Assembly (NCBI GenBank): GCA_030265395.1
Contig: JARFYF010000055.1
Location: 21,368,076 to 21,432,075 of the forward strand
DNA length: 64,000 bases
DNA from: Rhina ancylostomus
Taxonomy: Eukaryota
Direction of reading: 5' to 3'
The stretch's first letter is position 1. Each line of letters starts with the position of its first letter. Below are positions 1-10,490 of this stretch, in pieces. The position numbers and the translations under genes were made by a program. The notes beneath the pieces were generated by a model. That model made no database searches. It saw only the letters and a list, made by a program, of their open reading frames with translations, and was not told where the DNA came from.

Positions 1-19
1 CTGTTTTTCTCTAATTATA

Positions 20-580
20 GAGTCCCAGGTGACTGAAAATATTGGGTACAGGTTTGGTCTCTCTACCCAAGGAAGGACATTCTGCGACAGAAGCAGTGTA
101 ACAAAGGTTCAATGGGTTGAGTTCTGAAATGGCTGGTTTATCGTATGAGAAGAGATTAAGCAGACTAGGCTTGTACTCTCAAGCCTGGAAGTCTAAGAGA
201 GGTAATCTCATTGCAATATCAAAATGGGCTTGACAAGGCAATACAAAATTGAAGTTTCCCTTGGCCGAGGTATCTTAAGTGTCTAGAACTAGAGGTCACA
301 GTCTCAAAATACGGGGTCAGCCATTCAGTATGGAGATGAGGAAATATATTTTTTCATCTAGAAGGTAGAAAATCTTGGGAATTCACCACTCTGGCAGGCT
401 GTAAAGTGAGTTTGCTGATAAAAGAGTAAAAAGATTACTAAATAATAAGGGAACCAAGGGAAATGGGGTTAGTGCAGGAAAGAGGCACTGAAGCAAAAGA
501 TCGGCCATCATCTCACTGAATAGCAGAACAGTCACAAGTGATCAAATAACTTATTCTAGCTTTTACTTCTTGTGTCAACA
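20..580 (+). mobile_element. CR1-type LINE 3' fragment (decayed)
   Basis: Remnant of the CR1 ORF2 C-terminus (GLSYEKRLSRLGLYSL...RGNLI) followed by a CR1-like 3' tail. Confidence 0.75.
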
Positions 581-1229
581 GGATTGGAAATACTCCCCAA
601 TGGTTGAGAAGTGCATGTTATCTGGCACCAGCAAAGCAACTAAAAACACTGACCAATAATGTTTTATCTTAATTAAAACTAAATATTTTTAAAAAATATA
701 TCTGGAAAGACCAATTTGTTAGCACTTTCAGCAACAAATGGAAAAATCTACTTTCAATTCTAGCTGTCTGCCACACAAAGCCAATGCCCATGGATTCTAT
801 ACTCCCGTGTCTTAACATTCAAGTGATTTCCCAAACCAAGGAAAAGGGCATAGTATGTGCAAGTTATTAACAAAAGATTACACTTTCATTTTGTGTTAGG
901 CCATGACACAAAACAGACAACTTCAAATGAACATTTGGAAGAAACATTTTGACAACATGCTACACAGGTTATTGATTCCATCAGCCAACCTTGTGCAAAT
1001 ACTCGATGTTTTCAAGACTTCTGCTTTTAGAGATCCAAGAATCCAAGCATGACCTTATAAATGATCAACACCAGAAAATGATCTAATAGCTTTCACAGTT
1101 GTAAACACAGTATATTCAAAATAGAGAAGGAATGTGAAAGCACAAGATCTTGGCATATACTTATCATGTAATATGAATATTTCTAATGCACATAAAAGAC
1201 CCAAAAATAGAAAAAAAAGCAAATCTCAG

Positions 1230-1575
1230 CCTAAGAATCAGACAATACAAAAACAGGGCCTTTGGCACATTGTGTGCATGCTGCCCATTTTCCAGCACTT
1301 GACCCATGAACTGCTCCACCATTTGCTCATCGAATTACTTTTTAAATGTCAGAATAGGAACCTCAACTAGCCATCTGAGATAGTGCATTCCGGATATCAA
1401 CCACCCCTTATGTTAAACCTTTACCCTATCTACGCTTTCTCATAATTTCATAGACCTCATCCAGGATCCCCCCCACCCCCCCACCTAAAAATACAAACAC
1501 AGTCTACCAGTCGCTCCTCGTAGCTGAAACGCTCCATCCTAGATGGCATCCTGGTGAATCTCTTTCGCATCCTCT
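1230..1575 (-). mobile_element. CR1-type LINE 3' fragment
   Basis: Reverse complement of a CR1/HER1-type 3' tail (aacagggcctttggc..., cattccggatatcaaccaccc). Confidence 0.6.
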
Positions 1576-1579
1576 CTGT

Positions 1580-2858
1580 TATGAGTGACAACTGAGGTAC
1601 AATAACTGATGACATATCCTGAGTTGCATAGTGGTGTCACCCATTGACCAAATAATCAACTTAACTATCCACACAGAATCCTGTGGCTTGCAGAGTAGGT
1701 CTCCAGCTGAGATCCACACCATCAGAGAAGCCAATCTTCAATTCACTCCATGGAATGTCTGCTCGACATTGTGGAAAATTGCCCAGGAATGTCCAGTTCA
1801 CAAAAAGCAGGCCAAATCCATTCTGGTTCATTACTGCAATCTGTCTACTCTCAATCAATGTGAAGGAAAATGTGATTGTCAATACTATCCAGCAGTAGTC
1901 ACTCACCAATAAGCTGCTTGCCAATGGCCAGTCTGGGTTTCTTTCATTATCACTTGGCTCCAGTTCTCATCACAGCCTTAGTCCAAGCATGGACCAAAGA
2001 GGTAGATTCCAGAGATTAGACCAGAATGACTGCCCTTGATGTCAAGGCAACATTTGACTGAGTGTGGCAGCAAAGAGTGCTGGTAAGACTGGTTAACGAG
2101 GAAAACAGTCCATTGACTGGAGTCATCCTCAAGTAAATGAAGATGACTGTGGTAGCTGGAGGTCAATCATTTCAGGTCAATCATCACTGCAGGAGATCCT
2201 CAGGGGTGGGGGGGGGGTGTAACACAATATTCAATTTCATTCACAACTCTTCAGCAAATGAAATGGTTCACGCCTGCATGCAGTAAGACTCAGACAACAT
2301 TCTGGCATGGGCCAACAAGTAGCAAATAGCATATGGGTCACCTGTCAGGCAAGGAGTACCTCCAACAAGGGAGAATCTAACCACCTACCTTTGATGAACA
2401 AACACCAATTTGCCCCCATCATCAACACCTTGGGGCATGTGATCACTGTTAACCTAAATCTCAACTGAACAGCCAGATGAGCAAGTACCATGGCTATGCA
2501 TGCAGGTCAGAAACTGAGTGTCGTATGGCAAATGTCTCACCTCTTGACTCCCTGTCTACACAGCAGATGTGAAGAGTGTGATGGGATACTTGTCCGGTTG
2601 AGTGCAATTCCTAATAAGTGTAGCACCAGCCAGGCAAAGTAGCCAGCTTCACTGGCAGCCCATCCACTAATATAAACATTCATTCTCTGGTGCACAGTGG
2701 CCATAGAGTGCACCACCTACAAAATGCTTTGCAGTTACTCACTTGGGCTCCTTTGACAGCACCTCCCAAGCCTCCCAACCTCTACCACTGAGGATGACAA
2801 GGACAGCTTGTGCCTGGGAGCAGCACCACCAACAGTTTCCCCTCCAAGTCACAAACTA
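1580..2858 (+). mobile_element. Decayed non-LTR retrotransposon (L2/CR1 group) RT region and 3' end
   Basis: RT motif remnants QSGF (~1929), ALDVKATFDxVW (~2032), PQG (~2197); 3' tail caccacc...ttcccctccaagtcaca. Confidence 0.7.
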
Positions 2859-2859
2859 T

Positions 2860-3796
2860 TATGGAATGCATAAGGACTGATCTATTGGATGAGTTCTGGG
2901 AAGCAAGGGAGGAGATAGTTGCGACCCTGAGGGAGATTTTTGCATCTCTTTGTTAGCCAGAGGTGAAGTCCCAGAAGGCTGGAGGATAGCTAATGTGGTT
3001 CCGTTATTGAAGAGGTGCGAGGTGATGCATTTTGGGAAGTAAAGTAGGGAGTGGCATACATATGGTAAATTGTAAGGCACTAAGGAATGCTGATGAACAA
3101 AGGGACCTTAGGGTTCAAGTCCACAGTTCTTGTAAAATTACAAACACAGATAGAGAGGCTGGTGAAGAAGGCATTTGCCATGCTTGCTTTTACACGTCAG
3201 GGCATAGAATATAAAAGTTGGGATGTTGTTGTGTAAGTTTACCAAACACTGGTCAGAGCTCACTTGGAGTATTATGTGCAGTTCTGGTTGCCACACTATA
3301 AGAAGAATGTGGTTGTGCTGGAGAGAAAGCAGAGGAGATTCAGCAGGATGTTGCTCTTTAGTTATGTGAAGAGATTGGATAAACTGGGTTTATTTTCCCT
3401 GGAGTGAAAGAGGCTGAGGGGTGGCCTGACAGCAGTGTATAAAATTATAAGAGACATAGGTAGGGTAGATGATCAGAATCCTTTTCCAAAAGTAGGGGTA
3501 TCAAAAGCAAGACGGCATAGGTTTAAGGTGGGAGGATGGGAATTAAAAGGGGATTTGAGGGGAATGTTTTTTTAAAAAAAGAGAATGGTTGATATTTTGA
3601 ACTCACTGCCAGAGGAACAGATGGAGTCAGATACAATCACCACATTTTAGAGGCATTTAGACAAGCAATTAAATAAGCAGTGTACAGAAGAATACAGGCC
3701 TAAGGTGGACAAATGGAATTAGTGTATTTCGGCCAAAAGATTGGCAAAGACGTGATGAGCTGAAGGGCTTGCTTCTGTGTTGTACAACTTTATGAC
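2860..3796 (+). mobile_element. CR1-type LINE, 5'-truncated with internal deletion
   Basis: PEGWRIANVVPLLK, EQRDLRVQVH, LVRAHLEYYVQFWLPHY and LGLFSLE remnants; tail gctgaagggcttgcttctgtgttgtacaactttatga. Confidence 0.85.
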
Positions 3797-3984
3797 CAAT
3801 TTGGAAATATATCACTGGTCTGTTTAGGTGTAAGCCTTAGGTACTAAGTATGGGTTAGCTAAACCCATATCCCAGAAGATGAATAAGAATAAAATGATTG
3901 GTATTCTGCAGTGAATGGGTTCATCTCCCAACCAATTAACACCTCTTCATCACCCACAAAGTGCAAAAATATTTAAGAAACTCA

Positions 3985-4375
3985 CTCTATCCAGGACTGA
4001 GCAATCTGCTTAATTATCTCCTCATTCACAATCTTTGCCACCCACCCACCACCAGCATCCAGTCGCAGTCATGTTTATCATCAATATTGCAGCAACTTGC
4101 CAAAATTTCTTTGACTATACTCATGACCTGTTCTAACTAGGTGGGCAATGGCTGCAGGTGCAAGAGAAAACACAATCTCCAAGTTTCACACCATCTTCAC
4201 GTTCCATTATTGTTGCTGAGAAAATGTGCTGCACTCTCTAATGGCCCTCTCTAAGTATCTTCATCAATAGAATGCAACAGTTAGAGAAGGTGGTACACCA
4301 CTGGATGCTCAAACAATGAGTGAAGAGTAACGTTGGCCTTACCAGCTACAACTCTATCTGGTGAATGAATACAAA
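3985..4375 (+). mobile_element. Older L2-group LINE 3' fragment
   Basis: Degenerate similarity to 2620-2850 and the associated tail. Confidence 0.45.
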
Positions 4376-4689
4376 ACAAAAGGTTTGTTAAAACAGATTA
4401 CCAGAAATATTTTTAACAATCAAACATATGTCTGCCTGCATCTGCACATTAAGATTCAAGTCATACATACAAATCACCAAAATGTTGGGTCTGAGCCCTG
4501 ACTTGTAATCTGATGTATGCACATGTAGACTTCATAACTACTGAATGAGCAATCTTTATACAATATAAATCTAAATAATCCTTATTTCAGTATGGAAATA
4601 TTAACCTATTATTGTCAGAAATAATCATGAGAGCCAATTGTGCATTTGTTTTCTCCCATTATACCTTTCACTGTTATGTTACTGAAATT

Positions 4690-5105
4690 TTGAGCATGAT
4701 GCTCATACAGCAGAGAAACAGGCCCTTCGGCCCACATGTCCATGCTGACCATCTACACCAATCCCATTTACCAGCACTTAGTCCATAACCTTCTTTGCCT
4801 CAGTGATTCAAGTGCTTGTCCAAATACATTTTAAATGTTGTGAGAAAACCAGACTCCACCATGTTTTCAGGCAGTACATTCGAGATTGCAACCACCCTCT
4901 GGGATCAGATCCCCTCTAATCCTCCCCTTAAACCTATGCCCTCTAGTTTCAGACATCTTGGCTATGGCTAAAGTATCTCATTATCCATCCGACCTATGCC
5001 TCTTGCAACTTAGTACATCTCCGTCAAGTTGTCCCTCAGCTTCCTCTGCTCCAAGGAAAACAAACCCAGCCAATCCCGTTTCTCCTCATAACTAAACTTG
5101 CCATC
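4690..5105 (-). mobile_element. CR1-type LINE 3' fragment
   Basis: Reverse complement of a CR1 tail (aaacaggcccttcggcccac) and ORF2 end (ctccaaggaaaacaaacccagcc...tctcctcataact). Confidence 0.8.
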
Positions 5106-5433
5106 CATGTAGACAAATACATTTTCTGTTCTAAATAATCAGATGAGTAACAGGCAACAACATAGTTGCTGCAATATTTGAGTCTTGAGGACAGCTTATG
5201 TTCCCTCCATATTATTGTAAATATATTTCACAAACACTACATTTAATACACCTTGAAACAAGTGGCATTCCAGTTTCCTTAAAACTTTCACAAATACTGC
5301 AGATGCGTTTGAAAATCCATCAAAAAGTAGAAGTTCTACATTTCTAATTTATTCACAGGACATTGTAAATAAAGCTCAGTAGTTGAAAAGGTTTCCGTGT
5401 AATGCCCAAATACCTGTTTCCCCAGGAAATATG

Positions 5434-8400
5434 TTAAGCATCAGACAGGAAGATAACTACCTCATCATCTGTATCCAACTCTTCACTTAAAGCAGAAGAC
5501 TCGAGTTTATCTGTTTTCACATTGAAGCAGTCTCCACTGGTCTCTAAAATGTTACCAAGTGGACCTGGGTCCAAGGACAATCCCCATGGACTGGATTCAT
5601 TGAATTCTCCCTGCGTCTCTGATTCAAATAAATACTCCAGCATTCCCGCTTCAATAAGGTCGTCGTCAAGGTATGAACTGGAAACATTTTCCTGCAAATC
5701 AGCCTGCAGGCCAGATTTCCAACTTTGAGCTCTGTTTGCTTGTACTTCCACAGTTGTTTTAACAATATCCCCATCTTCGTCAGATTGGAAAAGGAACTTG
5801 ATTGCTTCAAGTAGCTGCTCAGTATCCACATCAATCAACAATACCTCATTACAACATGTAATGTTTTCAACAACCATATCGGATGCAGAATTTAATTTTG
5901 AGGTATCACTATCACATGGCTCTTCTGTAGTATCTATGTCCACTGGATGCAAAGCAACAGGGTCTATAACATCTGAGCATATTATTGCATCAGACTCTAT
6001 CAAACCTTTCTGTTTATCCAACTGAAAATCAGTGAGATTGTCTTTCTGAAGCACATGAACCTCTATTGCTTCAGATTCCAATTCAAGGTTTGATAACTCT
6101 GATTGAACATGCATTTCACTTTCTTCAGATTCAAGGCATTTACTGTTCTTAATTTCTGAAATAAAATCTTGCTCTCCTTTACCAGAATCACCAGGAAGTT
6201 TCTCCGCAGCAGAGTCTTCTTCAATTACATTCGAAAATATTTCTTCCTGAGAACAGTTTGTGAGATCTACATTAGGTTTTAAAGGATAGAGAGAATAACT
6301 TGTAGTAGGTGGCTCAACAACCATTTCACATTCTTCTAACTTGACCCAAGCTGCCTGTATATCCTTGGTCTCCACCACATTGTGCAATGTTGCCATCTGC
6401 TGAGCACAATGTGAGAGATCTAGACAAGATGCTTCAATGGAGTCTGTTGAACAATTTTCAATAACAAAATGTTCATTTGATTGGACAAAGTTTGTCTGCA
6501 TATCTTGATTTTCCTCAACAGTAGGCAACATGACCACTTCCTGAGCATAACAAGCAAGATTTAAATCTGATGTTGTACATGGATCTGCTGTAGGACACAG
6601 AGCAATTGCTTCATATTCTTCTATGTGAATAGAGTTTAGTTGTTCATGTTTTATAATAGTATTAAGCAGTCCACATCCATCAATTAAGGCTTCTGATTCA
6701 ATACCTGTAGTTCCTGTTGCAAATACAGTTTCTTCATCATTATTAATGTTTTCAATGTGCACCTCATCTTCATTGATCATACTTTCTTCAGAGGCATCAT
6801 GACCGATTTTTATATTACAGTCCTCTTTAGATACACTTGTAACCTCTTGCTGATTTACACTGGCACCAAGATTAGCTTCACATTCTTGCAGAAGCGTACA
6901 CTCGGATATCTCTTTCCGATCAGTGTTATTTTTCCAATCTGTACAAGTTGTTGATCTTTGTTCAGTTGTAGTCATTCTCCTGTGTTGCTGTTTACTTTCT
7001 AACTCTTCAAAGATTTTCTCTTCCTCCGAACTCCTATTAACTGGAGTGCTTAATTTTTGAAAAGCTACAAGCTCTTTTTCCCCTTCTATTAACATGTCAG
7101 TTTCCATTATTTTATCTTTACCCGTTACTCTTTTCTCTTCTTGTTCAAACCGCAAAGAATTTGAACCTCCTTCTGTGCTTGCCAGCATTACAGCATCTAG
7201 CTGCTGAAACACCAATTCTTCATAGAGAACTTTGCTGTCTTCAATCATCTTTCGCTCTTCTTCTTCAAACTCTAGGAGGGAGTCGGCATCTCCTCCATTG
7301 CTTTCCAAGGTTACAGCTTCCAACTGAAGTGCAGACTCTTCAAAATGGAATTTTACATCTTCAGCCTGGCTTTGCTCTTCTTCAAATCGTGTAAGAGAGT
7401 CTGTATTTCTCTCTGTATTTTCCAAGATGACAGCATCTAGATGCTGAAGTGCTGATGTTTCATCCAGAAATTCTGCGTCTTCGATCAGTCTTCGATCTTC
7501 TTCTTCAAACTGCATCCTCACATTGAATCCCTCTGTGTTTTCCAAAATGGCAGCATTGAATTGCTGAAATGCCAACTCATCATAAAATTCTCTGTCTTCA
7601 ATCAGGCTTCGCTCTATTTCTTCAAACTGTATCAGAGAATCTGTATCCCCCTCTGTCTCCCTCAAGGCTGCAGCATCTAGATGAAGTGATTCTTTAGAAA
7701 TACATCCTTGATCTTCAACAGGGTTTCTATTATGTTTAAATTGTATTAGAGATTCAGTATCTGCCTGCATAGTTTCTATTAGAGCATGCTGTTGAAATGG
7801 TTTCTTTCCAGGTTCCACATCAATCAGTTTTTGTCCTTCTTCGAATCTTGGCATAAGCGTATCATCTATATCTTTAATTATTACACCATCTAGCTGTTGA
7901 AGTGCTACATCTTCCATGAGGTCTTTTTCCTCAGTCATTCTTCGCTCTTCTTGCTCGAACTGTAATAAGGAATCAGTGTCTTCCTCTCTGCCTTCCAGGA
8001 TTATAGCATCTAATTGCTGAAGCGCTAATTCTTCACTTAGAAATTCTGAAGCAAAAAGCATTTCTTCAGTTTCACACTGTTGCAACATTTCAAGATTTAC
8101 ATGGCATTTACATTCTGCTTCATAATTCTGTTCATTAAATTCAGCTGTAAGCTCTTGCATATCTAGTTTGGTTGCACCAGAATCCAACACACCTCGGCAT
8201 TCTATAGATGTAACTTGCCTTTCTTGTGCCAGATCATTTGTCCTCTTATGCAGAAACGAGGCATCTTCCAACATCCCTTTGGCCTTGAATGCTCTCGGCC
8301 ATGTTGCAGATATACTCGTGTGATGCTCTGGTAAAAATCTTGTCACCTCCAGTACATTTTTGTACTCCATTAATGGAATACTTTCACTTTCTGAACTTTG

Positions 8401-9078
8401 AGATAAAACTGCAGCAGCTTTCAATTTATTTTCTGCTCCTTGCTGAAAGGCCAGGGTTCCTGCAGATTTGTTTTCATTTTTTAATGCTGATTTAACTATG
8501 ACTAGTTCTTTTTCAGGAGATAGATTAGGACTTTCAACAGGCAAATGGCTAGAATGCCTCTTCTCTTTAACTGAATTAGAACTACCTGTAGGCTCACTTG
8601 CTGAGTTCTCTGTTCTTTCTGTGAAGTCTGGGAAGTTTGGAGGCAGGAAAGCTTTCCAGGACCTCCTGTTTGTGTTTTCTTTCCTCTCTACGTGGGGTCT
8701 CCTCTTTGGTGGACCAGAGGACCGAATAACATCACTGCTCAGTTTTAATGCATCAAATATGAGTCTTTCATCTAATTTTTTACTTTCAGAACTAGTCCGT
8801 GTTTCAAATACATTTGATGTAGTGGGAGTTCCATTACTTGATAAAGTGCTAGTATCTACAGCTCTCTGGCTTTGCGAATGTGTGTGATCAACAAAACTTC
8901 TTGATGGCTGGTTAGCCTTTGTCCCGAGGTCTATCTGTTCATTAATTCTCATAGTGTCATATATGGATCTTTGTGGAATGTAACAATCTTCAATGTACAT
9001 ATCGTCCTCTTCACTTTTTCTTAAACAGGTGGGATTATTACGTCTCAAACAGTCTGGCCTGCTGAGTGGCTTCCCCAT
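5434..9078 (-). CDS. KIAA0754: KIAA0754-like 1214-aa acidic ORF nested in the MACF1 intron; probable MACF1 alternative first exon
   Basis: Uninterrupted 3645-nt ORF; N-terminus MGKPLSRPDCLR...YIEDCYIPQRSIYDTMRINEQID...KKLDERLIFDALKLSSDV...NRRSWKAFLPPNFPDF matches recalled vertebrate KIAA0754; same strand and intron as in mammals; Kozak A at -3 and G at +4. Confidence 0.9.
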   Translation of the reverse strand: MGKPLSRPDCLRRNNPTCLRKSEEDDMYIEDCYIPQRSIYDTMRINEQIDLGTKANQPSRSFVDHTHSQSQRAVDTSTLSSNGTPTTSNVFETRTSSESKKLDERLIFDALKLSSDVIRSSGPPKRRPHVERKENTNRRSWKAFLPPNFPDFTERTENSASEPTGSSNSVKEKRHSSHLPVESPNLSPEKELVIVKSALKNENKSAGTLAFQQGAENKLKAAAVLSQSSESESIPLMEYKNVLEVTRFLPEHHTSISATWPRAFKAKGMLEDASFLHKRTNDLAQERQVTSIECRGVLDSGATKLDMQELTAEFNEQNYEAECKCHVNLEMLQQCETEEMLFASEFLSEELALQQLDAIILEGREEDTDSLLQFEQEERRMTEEKDLMEDVALQQLDGVIIKDIDDTLMPRFEEGQKLIDVEPGKKPFQQHALIETMQADTESLIQFKHNRNPVEDQGCISKESLHLDAAALRETEGDTDSLIQFEEIERSLIEDREFYDELAFQQFNAAILENTEGFNVRMQFEEEDRRLIEDAEFLDETSALQHLDAVILENTERNTDSLTRFEEEQSQAEDVKFHFEESALQLEAVTLESNGGDADSLLEFEEEERKMIEDSKVLYEELVFQQLDAVMLASTEGGSNSLRFEQEEKRVTGKDKIMETDMLIEGEKELVAFQKLSTPVNRSSEEEKIFEELESKQQHRRMTTTEQRSTTCTDWKNNTDRKEISECTLLQECEANLGASVNQQEVTSVSKEDCNIKIGHDASEESMINEDEVHIENINNDEETVFATGTTGIESEALIDGCGLLNTIIKHEQLNSIHIEEYEAIALCPTADPCTTSDLNLACYAQEVVMLPTVEENQDMQTNFVQSNEHFVIENCSTDSIEASCLDLSHCAQQMATLHNVVETKDIQAAWVKLEECEMVVEPPTTSYSLYPLKPNVDLTNCSQEEIFSNVIEEDSAAEKLPGDSGKGEQDFISEIKNSKCLESEESEMHVQSELSNLELESEAIEVHVLQKDNLTDFQLDKQKGLIESDAIICSDVIDPVALHPVDIDTTEEPCDSDTSKLNSASDMVVENITCCNEVLLIDVDTEQLLEAIKFLFQSDEDGDIVKTTVEVQANRAQSWKSGLQADLQENVSSSYLDDDLIEAGMLEYLFESETQGEFNESSPWGLSLDPGPLGNILETSGDCFNVKTDKLESSALSEELDTDDEVVIFLSDA
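7125..8035 (-). repeat. Coding tandem repeat, ~8 degenerate units of ~120 nt (~40 aa)
   Basis: Recurring E-x-A-L-Q-Q-L-D-A-V-I-L-E-x-T-E-x-D-T-D-S-L-x-Q-F-E-E-E-E-R-x-x-I-E-D; plus-strand cagcatctag at 7191, 7431 and 7671, cagcattgaa at 7551. Confidence 0.9.
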
Positions 9079-10089
9079 AATTATAACGGAATTTCAAAAA
9101 TCCACAGAGAAAAGATAGATCGATTTTTTTTAAACAGTTAATGAACTGTATTCCAAATCCAAAATAGAAGTGTGTACATATATTTTAATTCAAAAGATAC
9201 TCTGTAACATTTAGATATTCCAGCAACATATTACTCACTTGTCATATCAATGAAGCTCAGGCATTTTTTAAAATCATTCCACGAAAAACAGCCAGATCAC
9301 ATTTGCGCATTCAAGTCAGATTCTTTCAAGTTTTCTGTTCAAATGCATCGTGGCTGATAAGAATAAGGTATTTCAATTGCTGTATTCCAACTCTGTGCAA
9401 ATTCCTTTCATTTTAACCACAAACTACAATGCCCAAATACCCGGCTGCTGCAAGAGAGGCAGTCCTTGAAATTCCACATGTTTTCTTTTGAAAAGTGATT
9501 CTTGGCGGATATTCCGGCAGATTCAAAGACAGGAAGTTCTTCAATCAGTGGAGCTTCAGCTGCTTCCTTTCTTAGCAACATCATGGCATTTTTTAAAACT
9601 GTGCAACTTCAGAACAATGACTAAAAGTTTCCAGATGAGCTTTTCTTTAAAGAGAATATTGTTCATTTATTACTTATAAATCAATCCTTTTCAGGTTGAA
9701 GATATTTGGCATGATCCTGCAATTCCAGTCAGTGCACAAGTTTACACTGTTTAACTCCAACTTAAAATGCACTGGTGCCTAACAGCACAGATCCTCATCC
9801 AACAAGGTTCACTTATTTATTTATTCCTGTTTTAATCCAGGTAATTTTTTTCTTAAATCTCCAGATGTTTGGAAAAAATTCCTTTCCCTTCAGTTTATGA
9901 ACAGTAACAACCAGCTTCGAGAGGTATGACTGACTTAATTTTCTTGAAAAACGTTGTGTCCAGCTGTCACATTGTGCAAGGCAAACTTTTACTGTTGAAC
10001 AAAAGGGTGTTGAGAGCTTCCACGTTCTATCCAGCTTTTCCAAAAATCCCAGGGCAGCTCCTTCCTTAGCATGTGCTGTCTAAAGAAAG

Positions 10090-10490
10090 TTAGCACGACT
10101 GGTTGGCTCATGGGCAATCTAAAGCTGCTGTGATTAATCCCATAGCCTACGTCAGCTTCTGTGGCTAATTAGATGCAGTTACGCTTTCTCAGCCACAAAG
10201 AATCCTGTAGCAGCCCTGTCAACTTTCCAGAACTTAGGTAGAGGTTAAAAAGAGTTTTAAACACTTACTTCTTTTATTTGATTGTAAAACTGCCACAGGA
10301 TCTTAAGCAGTACTCTAGGCAAATGGTTTCCACTGCAGTTTTTTCTCTCAACCGACTTCAGTGTCTCCCTGCTGTACAGACAAAGAAACGCCCTTTTTTG
10401 GTCGCTCTCTCTCTCTCTCTCTCTCTCTCTGTCACACACAACGCTGAATAGCATCTGTTGTGATCCTATTTTCACCGCCAATCGTGCAAC
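10090..10490 (-). promoter_or_regulatory. Candidate internal promoter/enhancer upstream of the KIAA0754 exon
   Basis: TAATCC 10135-10140, CRE-like TGACGTA (minus) 10148-10154, CTAATTAG 10165-10172, GA tract, CCAAT 10478-10482, in TE-poor DNA; motif-level evidence only. Confidence 0.25.
10405..10430. repeat. (CT)13 microsatellite
   Basis: Read directly. Confidence 0.95.

Noticed and set aside
7125-8035. Regularly spaced repeats as a CRISPR-like array
   Set aside because: Eukaryotic in-frame coding repeat with degenerate units; no identical repeats with unique spacers and no cas genes
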